Notes under the pieces: generated by a model
Told to the model about the DNA's origin: nothing
Databases searched by the model: none
What the model saw: the letters and a program-made list of their open reading frames with translations, nothing else
In this document: one piece after another, positions 37,980 through 53,075 of the stretch
Layout of the letters: each line of letters starts with the position of its first letter
How positions within the stretch are numbered: position 1 is the stretch's first letter
Made by a program: the position numbers and the translations under genes
Source: Eledone cirrhosa
Lineage: Eukaryota
Reading direction: 5' to 3'
Assembly (NCBI GenBank): GCA_964016885.1
Contig: OZ024741.1
Span: 280,364,001 to 280,428,000, forward strand
Length of the DNA stretch: 64,000 nucleotides

Positions 37980-40943
37980 ATATCTTCTACCACAGCCTCA
38001 TATCAACAGCCAGCTAAAGTATTGTTAGTCAAATATCAAGGATGACTGAAACTGTGGAAGCCCATCAGATGACCTATACCTATTATATGGAGACTAAAGC
38101 CATCAGCTGGTTTAACACCCCCACCCTATTTGACCAATTGTTGCTTTTAGCAGAGTAACTCTGTATCAAGCTTTAAATAATCAGACCATATCTAAAGATC
38201 TTCCTTTTTCTCTGAACAGTTCCAGAAGCTCTACTTAACCCTTTCATGAAATACATTCTATTTCAATTAATGAAGAATTTTGAGGGATTTACTAAAATTA
38301 TTATTTCATTCTTAATGTAAGGTTCTTATATAAAATTATGCTGGAAGATTTTAATTTAAATTGGAAACATTTAAAATGGGTGGCTTTATTTCATAGAACC
38401 AGTTAGTTTTGGCTGAGTTGGTAACAAAAGAATTAAGTGACATAATCACTGTCCTTTCTCCTCTCATGAAGCCCACAAACAAACAATAACAAAAAAAATC
38501 TGCAAAAAAACAGTTTTTACCATTGAAAACTTTTTTTTAATCTTAGATACATTATACCTGAAAAGAAAAGAAAAAAGATAATCACAGCTGGGTCGCATTC
38601 TTTTGAATGAAAAACTGAAGTAATGTAATATATTCATAGCTATTTGTATGAACCTACACTAACTGATTTGTGGTGTTTTGTTTTTGTTGAACATATTTTA
38701 AACTTAAATTTGAAAGGTCATATGAAATATTTTTAGAGTAGTGGTATTGATTATAAAACTAAAAAAACAATAGATACAAGCATAGCTGCACTACACACAG
38801 TACACACACACACACAAACAAACAAACTGAAATAATAGAGCTTTTCATGTAGTGTTCAAAACCCTATCATATGTTGAAAATCTCATGACTATATTGTTTA
38901 TTGTATACGATCCCACCCCACTTCTTTTTAGGATAATAGGGTGTAATTTAAGTGAGATTTGGTTGTTATTTCTAGTAAGTCAAGTGAGTACACCTCATGG
39001 CTCTTGGATTACAATGAAATGAGTGTTCAGGTATTTCATAAGACATGTCAAAGTGTTATATCTCTAGTTGTGACTGAACTACATTTTATAATTCACAAGT
39101 CTAGCAAGTTGTACAAGCAGATTATTTTTTCCAGACTGAGTGAAGAGATTTAAATTTAGTTGTATAATTAAGAAACTAATATAATGGGTTATTCTTTTTT
39201 AATGAATAATTATCAAATTATATAGAAGCTTATTGTTGATATGTTTTTCTTGTATTCTAATCTTGTTCTTGTGTTCTACACAATCAAAACAGAATTGATA
39301 CTTCTCACATGCAATGTCTTATTCTGCTGTAAAAGGGAAGATTGGAAGAATCATTAGAGTGTCAGACAAAATACTGTGTGGCATTTAGTTATGGCCCTTT
39401 ACATTCTGAGTTCAAATCCCATGAAGGTCAATGTTGCCTTTCATCCTTATGGGTCAATGAAATATAGTACCAGTCAAGTACTGGGTTCGATTTAATCGAC
39501 TTTACCCTCTCCTAAAATTACAGGCCTTCTGCTTAAATTAGAAACCATTATTCTGGTGTAAAAACAAATATCTGAAGTTTAAACTGTAGTAATGTAGTAC
39601 AAACAGAGGCTATAGGAGGGGTTGGGGTTCAGTTGGCACATTGGTCTAGGGCTTGGAGAGCCAAAGAGGGAACTGTGGGTATCTGAGCCCCCCCCCCCCC
39701 CAATTTTTTTCATACACCTTAAATTTCTAGAGAAGCCCTCTCCCCTCGTTTCTATGGCCTAAAATCACTTTTGTTCTGCCTTGCAAAATTTCTTCTAGAG
39801 GCCCTATCACAAGTGAGTATTAAGACCCAATATTCAGGTGATACAAAAGCACGGAAATAGAAATTTGTTTTTCACATGTTTTTTTTCCTATTACAGCATG
39901 ATGTAAATGAATACTTCTATATATATCTAGAGCAAATATTTTTAGCTGTTAAATATCTTTAGAAGACTAATCACTGAACTGTGAAATGGGAACAGTTTAC
40001 TGGGTTGAATATACTTAAAGCTATTCTCATTTATGGTTGCTTTCCTTTTGAAGTTTTTTGTTTGATTTGTTTTGTTTTCCAATTAAGCTCATTATAAGAT
40101 AAAAGTATACCAGCAATCTTTTAGTAGAAATCTGGTGAATTCAGGATCAAGCCCTGGCTCTCTTGTATGATAGGCTCAATATTACAATAAGTATCATTGA
40201 ACCCATAGCAGTGGAAATATCTGCCATTAGGATAGAATTGGCCATCACCAAGAATGAACCCCACAGATTGGACTGTCTTCTTGTTGAACCCAGAGTGATG
40301 GAAACATCTGACACTCTGGGACCCTGAACTACCTTCCCACTTACTACAAAGATGGCCACTCACAAGAACAAGCCCTATAAGGTGGACTGTCTTCTTGTTG
40401 AACCTGTAGCTGTGGAAACATCTAGTAATCTGGGACCCTAAACTACTTCCCTACTTGCCATGATTGGGATGGAGTTGCCTGTCCACAAGAATGGTCCCAG
40501 TGAGCTGGACTGGCTCTTTCAATGCATCTCCTTCATTATGCTACAGGGGTGGTGGTGACACAGTTGCAATTCTATCTGCTAGGGCCATAAGACAAGCAAC
40601 AACCACCTGAGGTCATGAGATCTGTCGTTCTGATATTAGTGATACTTTTTATTGACTAATACTCTCAGATTCTTTAACTATTTATTTATTATGTTATTTT
40701 TAGAAAACAAGGATAGAAATTAAATTATTCAGGCACAAAGGGGCTAGTAACTTAAAGGTACTTGGTCCTAAAATACCAAAGAATTGGGGGAAAAAACCAA
40801 GGAAGGAGTGTGGTATAAAACAAATACATTGAAATTTTGTTGTTTTGGGGATTTTTTAATGTTTGTAATTAATTATGTAATTTAGCTATAATTACATTTT
40901 TGTGGGATTATGCCATCATTCATATGATTAATGTTGATATATT

Positions 40944-40978
<35 letters not shown>

Positions 40979-43003
40979 GTATGTAAAGTAATAGTGTTGG
41001 TGCCACAATAAAATGCACCTACAACCTTCGGTAAAGTAATATTGCTGGTGCCATGATAAAATTCACCTTATATACTCTGTGAAGTGGTAGTATTGGTGCC
41101 ATGATAAAATGTACTTAATACACTCCGTGAAGTGGTAGTGGTGGTGCCATGATAAAATTCACTTTCATATAAATGTTTCTGTATGGAATGCGATGCTGCA
41201 TGGTAGTGAAATATGGGTATTGAATAAAGAGGATATGCGAATGCTGGAAAGAAATCAAGTGAAAAATATCATATCTATCATATATTAGGCATTTTTTCTT
41301 GCTCACCTAATTGAACTGATATGATATTTTAACTGAAGAGGTTTCAGTTAGCAATCTGGCATATTAATTTCAAAATCACCCAACTTCTGTAAATATATCA
41401 GGACGATAGAATGGTTAATTAAACTGCAAATTCTGTTGCAGCAGCCATCAAAATCCTGCAGTTGTGGCTGCACTACTAACAGTTACTTTTCTAGTTGTAA
41501 ATCAATAAAGTCAGAGCAACAAAACTTTATACACACATTTGCATATATACATACCGCTTGAACTTAGCCATTTTCAGTACTATATGCTCTTCTCGATTTG
41601 AAATGTTTCTTTCACTGTTTTTATAGAGTAGTGAATTGGCAGAATCGTTAAAGCATCGGCCAAATGTTTAGCAATATTCTGGCTCTTTAGATTCTGAGGT
41701 CAACATTGTCTTTCATCCTTCCAGAGTCAATAAAATAAAGTACCAGTTAAGTTCTGGGGTTGATTTAATCACCTTCCCTTTCCCCCAAATTGCTGACCTT
41801 GTCCCTAAAGTAGAAATCATTATTTTAATAAAGTACCAGTAATGCACTGGGTAATTGCTGGCCTTGTGCCAAAAGTAGAAACAATTATTTTACTGGCTTT
41901 GGTTATTGGACTTGTGGCAATATTGGGAAACTACCTTCAAAGATTTAGCCAATCATATTGGCCCCCAAACTTCTGGTACTTATTTTATTGATCTCTATTT
42001 GTTGAACTGCATCAGTTCATAATGTATTGGTTGAGATTATAACAGAAAAGAAATTGCCCAAAGTGCTGCACATAGATTGAACTAAAAGAATTGTAGTTTC
42101 AAAGCAAACTTCTTAAAGATGTTGCCATGGCTGGATTGTTTCTGATTGGATTTCTCTGTTTTCCCAATGGCTGATGCTGTTAAGCTGTTTGTTTTCATTC
42201 TTTTAACCACTATCCAGCCATATAACCATTTGTCCATCAATGATTTTAATTGTAATTCTCTTTTGTGTTAGTTCTGTATTGTGAAACTTAAGACTTTTTG
42301 ATGAAAACCGACTAAAGTACTTGTCGGTATTAATGGATCTAATCCCAAACCTCTCTCTATTTCTCTCTCTCTCCTGTCCTCTTTCTCTTTCTTTCTCACT
42401 CTCTCTACTGCCCTCTCCCTCTTTCTTTATATTTCTTTCTCTACTGTCCGCCTTTCTCCCTCTTTATCTTTCTTTCTACTGTCTTCCCACTTCCCCCCCT
42501 TATCCTTCTCTCTACTGTCCTCCCACACCCCCTCTTTATCTTACTCTCTCTCTTTCCCTCTCTCACTACTGATCTCTCCCTCTCTCTACTGCTCTCTCCA
42601 TTTCTCTCAATGATGTAGTATTTTATCAATATCTGAATATGTTATTGATCCAGACAACCTCGACATATCTGTAATTCAGGTCATTGACATAAATTATCCC
42701 CATGCTTTTAATGTTGAATCAGCTGCTGGGAGAAAAGTTGAATACATCCCTCCCCTCTCCTGACACCCAGTAATGGTATTTCACACATGATCCGGTTTGA
42801 TCTGGTCCAGTCTAATATTTTCAGTAGAAATTTGTTAATGTGAATTAAACTGAAAACTGGTAGTTGATATTTGATGATGTGTAAAACAAGAAATTCTATA
42901 TTGCCACAATGTTTAAATGTTCCTCTCTTGTATAATTGGTTTTAAGTTCATATCCTGTTGTCACTAGTACTGAGTAAAGAAAGAAAATGTTTATTTAATT
43001 TCT

Positions 43004-43423
43004 TTAACCCTTTAGTTACCAATCTGGCCCAAACCGGTTCTGGTTCTATAAAATAAAACCACCTATTTTAACATTTCCAATTTATATTAAAATCTTCCTA
43101 CATAATTTTATATAAGCACCTTACATTAAGTTACCAATGAAATAATTAATAAATTGAGTAAATCCCTGGAAATGTTTCATTATTTAATTGAAAAAGGGTG
43201 GTGAATTGGCAGTATCGCTAGAGGGTCGGATGCCATGCTTTCCAGCATAGTTACGTCCCTTTACGGTCTTAGTTCAAATCCCGTCGAGGCTAACTTTGCC
43301 TTTCATCCTTACGAGGTCGATAAAATAAAGTACCAGTAATGCACTGGGTAATTGCTGGCCTTGTGCCAAAAGTAGAAACAATTATTTAATTGAAATAGAG
43401 TGTATTTCATTAGAAAGGGTTAA
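43004..43423. mobile_element. piggyBac-like MITE with a nested young SINE (43197-43384, +)
   Basis: TTAACCCTTT/AAAGGGTTAA ends. The SINE is flanked by a 15-bp TSD attatttaattgaaa (43179-43193 and 43381-43395). Confidence 0.8.
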
Positions 43424-43449
43424 TACAATAAAATGGAATTTTACCAAAT

Positions 43450-43985
43450 TAGATTTTTATAATGTTTGCAATAAGAAAAATAAAAAAATAATTATATAGT
43501 GAAGGTAAGAAAAAAGAGTGGAGTGGGGCAGCAGACTCTGCAACCCAGTCTAGGTGATATATTTCAGCTGCAGTCGCTGACAAAATAGCAAAGGCATTGC
43601 CACAGAGAACATCCAGCAACACCTGCTGTATCAGCCACTCCACCTCATGAGGCTCCTTCCTCAGGCAGAATGCACTCCTTTTGCAGAGAAAAACAGCAGT
43701 TTGCAGACCAAGGACACCAAAATTCTCAACAGTAACTAGCACAAAAAAGGAAGCAGTCAGTCAAATCTTGGTATTTGACCATCTTCCTCTTCTCCATGTT
43801 ACAGACAGTAGTACCTGAGAATGTGGCCGAAGTGACACGGTTGGAGGTGGAGAATGTGTTACAGCATATGGTGTACTAGATTAGAGATTTACCTCTCTTG
43901 AACAGGAAGAGAGTTGTCCCATCTAGGTACTAAATTTTATCCCGGGACATCATGCTGAAAGCTACTCACCTTCATTTACCTGGCT
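43450..43985 (-). mobile_element. Decayed CRE-clade retrotransposon 3' end
   Basis: LDGTTLFLFKRGKSLI...KYQDLTD...VENFGVLG...LCGNAFAIL. Confidence 0.7.
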
Positions 43986-45411
43986 GTGTTATTACAAATC
44001 CAAGTAGTTACTTCAAATTTGAAACCCTGAAACTAGAACAGGAAAAGGAAAAACCTTTTTATTAGTCTTTCATTAGTGAATTTCTAATAAAATTAACTGC
44101 CTGTGTGTTTGAATTAATTTGGAGGAATTTAACAAAATGTTAACTGTTTCATTAGTAAGCCGGTATTTAGAACATTACTTAAGAAAACTGTCTAAAATAA
44201 AAATCGTACCCTGCCATAAGTGCTGTTCTGTGTCTCTAGTAAAGGCTCTGAACTAGGTGCAGTCCACCTAGATATCATGCTACCTTGTGGACAAAATCTG
44301 GAATCAAAGAAAACCGGTGATGGTCTACATCACCAGCTTTTGTAATGGGGAACTGAGGAGAGAAATGTCTCTCAAACTACACAATACTCATCATCATCAT
44401 CATTTAACATCTATTTTCTAGCCTTGCAAGATGATCTGTCATGTTATGAGGCCAGACTGGTCAGATGACCATGATTTTGACTTTGTTTCTACAGCTAGAT
44501 GTTCTTCCTAACACCAACCACTTTACAGCATGAACTGGGAGCGTTTTAGCATAGCTCCAGCTCTACCATCTTACAGAGTGGATGTAAGTGTTTTGTTTTT
44601 GATATAGCACCAGCACTATTGCTTTAAAGTGGGGACTGTGTACTTTTTATTGTAGAACCAGAACTACCACTTGACAGAGTTGATTGGATGCATTATCATG
44701 ATACCAGCACTGGGGAGGAGTCATACTACCTGTGGGAGAGGAAGTGTTGAGTCATGAAGGTGGACTAGAAGGGAGTGAGTTGTGTCTGGTGGTATATTGT
44801 GAGATATGCATGACTTTCCATGTGGCATAGGTTGGACAGGGATGTAGGTGAAAGTAGGGAGCCGATCTTTCTTCTATGTTGACATGGAAGGTGGATTGGG
44901 GTTGAAAGGTGGGAAAATGCAGAAAAAAAGATCACATTGGATAATGTGGTCCTAGGTACACCACACTAAGTTTGAATAAAAGACAGGAAAGGGATGTCAT
45001 TGCTGTAATGCCTTTGATCATAGATATGCTGGATCAGGGATGATTTTGGGGTAAACTTGTTAGGTGTGGAAATAAAGCTAACATAATGACACAAATTCTC
45101 CAGGGCATGTTTGATACACAGAAAGCTAACTCATCTACTTAACACATAAACTGAGATAAGCTCCAACAGACCATGATCATTTTTTTTTTTTTATAAAAGG
45201 AGCAGATTAAAACTAGAATAAAATAAAAGTGCAAACGCAACATATTCGTCATACATATTATGTTATGATACTTTAAATTACTATATATATGTGTGTGTGT
45301 GTCCTCTCGCTGTCGACGAGGCGAGATATCAGTTTTCGGGCAGTAACTACCTTCTTAAGTAATAAGTACTAAGCTGAACAATAGTCTTACTAGTCTAAAC
45401 TGGTAACCTCT

Positions 45412-45413
<2 letters not shown>

Positions 45414-45496
<83 letters not shown>
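45414..45496. repeat. (CT)n microsatellite
   Basis: Directly visible. Confidence 0.97.
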
Positions 45497-45500
<4 letters not shown>

Positions 45501-45996
45501 ATAATGAAATATATGGAGAATAGAAATGGTTGTGTAGTTGCTATTTAAAGTAACTTAAAATGAAAACAGTAACAAAACAGCGAAAAAACAACAAACAGCA
45601 ATATGTGAGCAACTATAGGTAGGAAATCCAAGACCACTCGATAAGAGAACTTAAGTTCAAGACTGAGTGGTCGAGAGGAAGGAGAGAGACACACATCATC
45701 GCCGCAGTTGTAAGTGAGAAGAGAACTGCTAAACGGTCAGGCAAGGGGATGAGAGGGAGAAAAGGAGAGGAAGAAAGTGGGCTAAGAGTAGATAGGAAGA
45801 AAGAGGGGTGAGAGTAGAAAGTAGCGAAATAGGTAGGTAGAAGGGGAGAGAAGAATGGTCACAGCGAAAAACATGATGGAGAATAGAAATGGCTGTGTAG
45901 TTGCTTTTTAAGGTAACTAAATCCATTTAATATAACAAAAAATTCTTTAATCTCACAAAGTATATTTTGATAATTGTTATATTAAATGGATTTAAT

Positions 45997-46630
45997 ATAT
46001 CTTTGGATAAACTCCAGTTGTGATATCTTTGGATAAACTCCAGTTGTGATATCTTTGGATAAACTCCAGTTGTGATATCTTTGGATAAACTCCAGTTGTG
46101 ATATCTTTGGATAAACTCCAGTTGTGACATCTTTGGGTGAAACCCAGTTGTGACATCTTTGGGTGAAATCCAGTTGTGACATCTTTGGATAAACTCCCGT
46201 TGTGACATATTTGAATAAACTCCCATTGTGACATATTTGAATAAACTCCCGTTGTGACATATTTGGATAAACTCCCGTTGTGACATATTTGGATAAACTC
46301 CAGTTGGACATATTTGGATAAACTCCAGTTGTGACATATTTGGATAAACTCCAGTTGTGACATATTTGGATAAACTCCAGTTGTGACATATTTGGATAAA
46401 CTCCAGTTGTGACATATTTGGATAAACTCCAGTTGTGACATATTTGGATAAACTCCAGTTGTGACATATTTGGATAAACTCCAGTTGTGACATATTTGGA
46501 TAAACTCCAGTTGTGGCATCTTTGGGTGAAATCCAGTTGTGGCATCTCTGGATAAACTCCAGTTGTGACATATTTGGATAAACTCCAATTGTGGCATCTT
46601 TGGGTGGAATCCAGTTGTGACATCTTTGGG
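45997..46630. repeat. 26/25-bp minisatellite, about 24 copies
   Basis: Unit tttggataaactccagttgtgacata, with blocks of variant units. Confidence 0.95.
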
Positions 46631-46754
46631 TAAAATTAGCATTCATGATGTTTAATCTATCTGTGAAGCTGTATATCTTGCTCAAGGTTTTGTCCCCCTC
46701 AAATAAATATCCCCTTCACTTCTATTGCTACAATTTCCACTTTAATTCAGATAT

Positions 46755-47060
46755 CCAAATACCAAGACATGACTGATCACTTTCTTTTCATACATGTCAC
46801 TGTCCAGTCCTCAGGTGTCCTCACAGTTCAAAATGCCATTTTCTTCAATGAAATTGGGAGCAGTGTAGCCTGCTTGAGGAAGGAGCCCCATTTGGTGAAG
46901 TGGCTGATTCAGTGAGTGTTGCTGGCTGTTGTCTGTGGCAATGCTTTCACCATCTTGTCCATAGGATTGCAGCTGAGATATACCACCTTGACTGGTGTGT
47001 AATGTCTGCAGCTCCACCCTTCTTCTGTTATTTAATTAAATTTTTGTTTTTTTATTGCAA
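46755..47060 (+). mobile_element. Decayed CRE-clade 3' end
   Basis: Homologous to 43500-43790 (gctgaratataycacct.gactgg...gtctgc.gc.ccac). Confidence 0.65.
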
Positions 47061-47081
47061 CTCTTATTTGAAACTTGTTGA

Positions 47082-47299
47082 TTAACCCTTTAATGGTCAA
47101 ACTGGCCAGAATTCTCTACCCTTTTCTGTTGAAACTGGCTGTAACTGGTCACTCAAACTGATGTTAAGGTATTGTTCTCAAAATAAATACTTTCAAAATC
47201 TCATAGATTCGATATTATGTGAGATAATTATGTGAGATAAAGCCTTTACCATGAAAATATAATAGTATATATAGAGTAATGTGAATGCTAAAGGGTTAA
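47082..47299. mobile_element. TTAA-flanked MITE, family 2; second copy at 49031-49238
   Basis: ccctttag...tgctaaaggg TIRs. The two copies align along their whole length. Confidence 0.7.
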
Positions 47300-50200
47300 A
47301 GATTTCCTCTCTGTTTAATGATGTTAAATTCAGTGTCATCTTTCACCCAGCATACATCATAAATTCCCATTACAGCTCTAATGCCAGTGTAGTCATATCA
47401 TCTCTTTTAGACTGACCAACCAATATCCTTCATACCCAGTTACTTTCTCGAGTCAATTTACATTTAACCTTGAATATTTACACTTGGTTTATTTTTTTAT
47501 ATTTTTCATCAATTAATATGATTAAATATTGGAATATATATATATATGTATATATATATTTATGTTAATTGGAAATATCAATAATGACTTGTGGGGGGAG
47601 GGGGGCACTGTCAGCAATTTATTTTTACAGTATTGATTGTTTCAATGTTTGCTGTGGCCATCTTGTTCAAATATTACAAACAAGATATTATTTCCCCTAT
47701 CATTATGTTGTTGTGAGTGTAGACACACACACACACATGTGCGTGCGCACACACACACACATGCGTGTACACATATATTTGTGACTATGGAACTATTTCT
47801 GACTGTTTAATCTAAACTCTCCTGTTTAATTATATATATATAAATAATACCATTACTGCTCTAATCAGTCAACTAACACTCAGCAAACACCCTAAACTGA
47901 ATGCCAACCTGCACCCATGACTCCTACCAAACCAATCTGTACTCACCTTCTAAATTCAACAAATCCAATGCAGCCCACCGATCCTCCCAAACTCAGCTTA
48001 GGCAACTGGAGCGTAACAGCCACCAAAAGGGGAAGACACACGTTATTAAACTGCAGCTGTCATATATAATGTTTGAAAAATATTACAAAATCTACCAATT
48101 CTATTTTCTGAAATCTTTTTACATTTAATTAACTTCTACACTACATCAATATTTTCAGTGGTTGCCTCTTTAGATAATGTGTTATTTCTTTTAAAGAGTA
48201 CATAGTTATTATAACATATATAGTTTAGTGGTTAGGATGTTGGCTCGCAATCGTAAGGTCATGAGTTTGATTTCCAGTGGCTGGTAGTTTCCTTCAGCAA
48301 GACACTTTATTTCATGTTACTCCACTCCACTCAGCTGGTAAAATTGAGTTGTATCTGTAATTCAAAGGGACTGACAGCCTTGTCACTATACACTGTCTCT
48401 GTGGAATACTCATTATATTGATTTCATTAGCAGATAAAGAGAAAGAATCAGCACTGGACTGGTACTTATTTTTTTATCAACCTTGAAATTATTAAAGGCA
48501 AAGTTGACCATTGCAGGATTTGAATTCAAAGCACAAAAATCATATAGTCACAACAAAAATCCTAGTCTTCTACCCAACATTTTAATAGCTGTGTCAGTTT
48601 ACCACTTGTTTTTAACTTCAATGCTTGAACCAATGAAAGAGCCACTAAGCTGTTGCTCAACTTACTACAAATAGCAGCCAAATTTATTTCATAAACTCTA
48701 CCATCCCCAAAAAGGAAAGACACATTGGATAATTTACTCCTTGGTATATATGTAATGGGTTGGTCATGAGTGGAATGATTTTGGTAATAGTTCTGTTCAA
48801 TTAAGGTTAACCAGGGGGCTAAATAGTAACTACATTAGATTAACACAAAATCTATGATGACAATTCTCTATTTTATCTTCTGATCTTATTTATTTTAGTC
48901 TTGACAAGTAAATAGAACAGATCCAATGTCCAATAAAAATATCTAAAAATGCGGTCTCTTAATTCAAATGTTTATAGTTTCTCTATTTCTGCACAGATCA
49001 TTGTATTAGAATAAAGACCTTAATGTATAACCCTTTAGCATTTAAACCTGCCATATCCGGCTAGAATTCTCTCACTTTTTTCTGTTCAAACTGACTGTTA
49101 CCAGCCACTCATACTGATATTAAGGTATTGTTCTCAAAATAAATAATATCAAAATCTCAAAGATTCGATATTATCTGAGGTAAAACCTTTACCATGAAAA
49201 TATAATAGTAAATATAGAGTAATGTAAATGCTAAAGGGTTAATGTAATGTAATAGCGTTTTTTTGTTGTTTTTTTTTTTACTTTTCAAGAAAGTTTTGCT
49301 AATATGGTTTCATGTGGTTTGTTAATTCAAATGTTTAGAGTATCTTTAGTAGTGAACTGATCATTGTGAAGATGTGCTATATTAAAGACTTTAATTTTTA
49401 ATGTAATGTAGTTGTTGTGTTGTTTTTGAATTTTTCAAGAATATCTTGCTAATATGGTTTCAGACTGTACAGGACATAAAATATTAACTGCTTTTCATCA
49501 TCATTTTTATGTTCGTTTTTCCAAGCTCGCATGGGTTGGACGGGTCCTTTTCAGCACAGTATCTCTCCACTCACTGTGTTCCTTCATCTCCTCTGAGTCT
49601 CAGCGATTTGAGGTCAGATCTCACCACCTCTGCCCAGGTCTTTCTGGGTCTACCTCTACTGTGGCTTCCTTCCACTGGCGTTTCTTCACCCTTTTAGTAA
49701 TTCTGTTCTCAGGTACCTGAAATAGAAAGAACTTCAATATATTGTCAAAGGTTTGACTAAACACCTCTTCTCTCATCTTACTGTGATGTCTAATAATTCA
49801 GTCATTGCTTGTTGAAGCCATTAACCAAGGACTCGTTAAATTTTTATATTCTTTTATTGGTTTCAGTCATTGGAGTAATCATATTGAAATACTTGCTTTA
49901 GGACGGGTTTCTTTTCTGATGACCTTCTGCTGTCCAGCTCTCCTGAGAGATTCTTACCACTTATTGGTTTCAGTCATTGGAGTAATCATATTGGCTTATC
50001 ACTACCTAGGTTTGGTTGATTACAATGACTACAGTACTTAATGTCCTCTACCACATCAAACCTCATTAACAAGACATTCTCGAAATGTACAAAACAACAC
50101 TATGACTGCAACACGTGAAAAATTAAAATTTTTACTCTATAGCACTGTAATTTTCATAATGATCTGACCAATAGAGGCTATAAACATTTGAATTAACAAA

Positions 50201-50469
50201 TTGATTTCAAAATATTTTTTACTAAATCAATTTAAGGTTAAGCTTTGAACTTAGAACATAAGAGTCGTAACTAAATAGCCACGAAGTAGGTTTTCTGTGT
50301 ATAGCTTTGTACAATATATCATTAAATAGTTTGATATATATGACGAAAAGAATTCATGGTTTACAATAATATTACATACACACGCACACACACGTAAATC
50401 GTGACAGAGACTTATAAATGTTGGTAATCATATCTGGGATATCAATGACATAACTGAGACAATGGAGGA

Positions 50470-51260
50470 TGACACACTACACCTAAGTAAGAGTGGTGTT
50501 TCAGCTGCACCCCATGGACAAAATAGAAAAGGCATTGCTGCAGACAATGACCAGTGACACACACTCTCTACAACAACCACCACATTTCATGGGGCTCTTT
50601 CTCAGATGGGCTACTGTAATTCCGATTTTATGGAGGAGCTCAGCTGTCTGGGGTCGACGATGCCCGAGATATCAATGGTGATCAGTGCAAAGAGAAAGCG
50701 GCCAGACAAACAGCAGTACTTGCTTATCTTCCTGTCATTTGCATTGCAGGCCATGGTACCAGGGTTTGTAGCTAAAGTGACTATGGTGGAAGCGGAGAAC
50801 CTGATGCAGTATGTTGTGTCCCTGATGAGAGATTTACCTCTCCTGAATGGGAAGAGGGTAATTCTGTTGTGGTGCTTGCTGTCTCCATGGTCGGAGCTTA
50901 CTGGCTCAAGTTGTGATGGGAAGCCAGCTGTTTCTAGGATTTTTCTCATTGTCTCTCTGACAGCATGATAGTGGATGCAGGCCTAACTCGTCAACTACAT
51001 CACAACAGTGTTGAATCACTCCAATGTGAGTACACTTGTCATCAAGAAGTGTACCGGTTGTTGAGGAGGGCACAGAATTGAGCCACATGCCACTGTTTGG
51101 CTGCAAAGCAGAATAGAGGCAGGCGACGTGGGATTGGTCTGAGCAGGACTCGATCCGCCTGAAGGAAGACCTGCAATTGATGTCGTCCCCATTACGTTCG
51201 ACAATTGATATTCTTTCTTCAATAAAAGCTGGAAATATTTCCATTAAATAACTTTCCAAG
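50470..51260 (-). mobile_element. Decayed CRE-clade fragment (zinc knuckle and REL endonuclease)
   Basis: SGMWLNSVPS..GTLLDD, VDELGLHPLSC, LEPV...FPFRRGKSLIRDTT. Confidence 0.72.
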
Positions 51261-52902
51261 AAAACTATTGAACCGCTACTAGAAATCTCTCAAGCCACAA
51301 TCTACTGATCTGTGTTTAAATAATAATAAACACATCCATATTGTTCATGAGGGTTTTTTTTTCTTTCTCATGTCTGATAAATATAGCATTTGCCTTGACC
51401 TGTTTTTTATTCTCTATTTTTTCACTCTTCAAACAAATCTTTTCTTGTCCTTCACTGCATATCAGTTTTTCTCTCAGTCCAGATAAACATTGTGGGAACT
51501 ATTTGCTTTTATATACTCACACACACACACATATAGCTTCTTACAAAACTTACTATGGCTATACTGCTACTTAAGTCAGTGTTATTGTTAAATATTCTTT
51601 TATTCGGTTCCTTCTGTTTGTTTTTTTTATATATATTTATTTGTGTTCAGCAAGACATGTCACTCTTGAGTATTATAGAGAAAGAGAGAGCGAGCATGAA
51701 ACCTAAAGTTGCGCATTAACCTTTCATGTGTATGAATCATAATTTTCTTGACTATTATTTATAGTGATTGATTGTTAGTACTTTTATTTTTTGTGTTGGG
51801 ACTCTCACACTTCCAAATTTCAAACCATCCCAGTGCTTCAATAATTTGTAAGATTTATTTCATTAGAAATATGGTTGAATCTTCTTACTTATGGCAGGCA
51901 GGAAGTTAGTGGGTGGCAGAATTGATTGCTTCAGAAGATAACATGTCTTCTTTTCTTTTTTTTACTTTCCTTTACATTTTGAATTCAAATTTAACTTTTA
52001 TTTAACTTTACTTTTTATCCTTCTGGTCAAGAGGAAACATCAAATTCATATTGAAGGCAATTAAATGAATTGTATTCTGGTGTTAAGTGGTGGATTGGTA
52101 GAGTTGTTGGAATATCACATTGAATGCTTTGTGGTTTTCACTTTAGCTCTCTATATTCAAATCTCACTGAAATCAACATTGTCTTTTGAAATAAAAAAAA
52201 TACCAATCCAGTGTTGGGATTGATTTTAATATCTCCTAAAGTGGTAATAAGTAATTTAATAGCTTCTGAAACGGTCACTAATTTGCTGCTTCATGACAAT
52301 GAATCACAGTCTATAATTTTTTTCTTGAAATAGTGTCCCAGATTTGTTTGTTCTATTAATACAATGAGCCTTTATATCAACTTCTAACTTAGGCACAAGG
52401 TCAGAAAATTTGAAGGAAGTGTAAATGTCTCAACAGCACCTCTAAATATGTACTTTAGTGCTGGTGATTTAGCCAATAAACACTTCCAGTACACACTGTA
52501 AAGTGGTTGATGATAGGAAGGGCATCCAGCCATTGAAAACCTGCCAAACAAAGGGTCAGAAGGACTCTTTAGCAGTGTCAAACATAACAATCTCCCAAGT
52601 TCTGATGCTATGCTAAAATGCACCCAGTACATTCTGTAAATTGGTTGTTGACAAGAAAGGCATTCAGTCATAGCAATGTTTTCAAACAAAGGGTCAAGAG
52701 TACTCTTCAGTTGTGTCAAAGACATGACAACCTACCTAATACCAGTGCCATGATAAAATGCACTTCGTAAACTCTGTAGAGTGCAGGACGTTCTAGTCTG
52801 TGACAACCCGTTCAACCCTTGCTAGCAAGGAAAATGGCCATTAAAGAATGATGAGGATTCTCTTTCTCAAAAAAATATGTGGCTTTGTGTCTGTTAGAGA
52901 TC

Positions 52903-53065
52903 AGGGTCGGACGCCATGCTTTGACGCATAGTTACGGCCCTTACCATTCTGAGTTCAAATCCCGCCGGGGTTAACTTTACCTTTCATCCTTACGGGGTTG
53001 ATAAAATAAAGTACCAGTTATGCACTGGTAAATTGCTGGCCTTGTGCCAATAGTAGAAACAATTA
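52903..53065 (+). mobile_element. 5'-truncated Meta-domain-like SINE
   Basis: Consensus match from gggtcggacgccatg to gtagaaacaatta. Confidence 0.85.
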
Positions 53066-53075
53066 TTTATGGTAG

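Noticed and set aside
42350-42610. Membrane-protein-like L/S/F-rich ORFs (also 56945-57160 and 60627-60862)
   Set aside because: Degenerate CT/GA low-complexity tracts.
45927-46685. Three overlapping long minus-strand ORFs; CRISPR-like array
   Set aside because: All three frames read the same rotating peptide from a 26-bp minisatellite, and there are no unique spacers.
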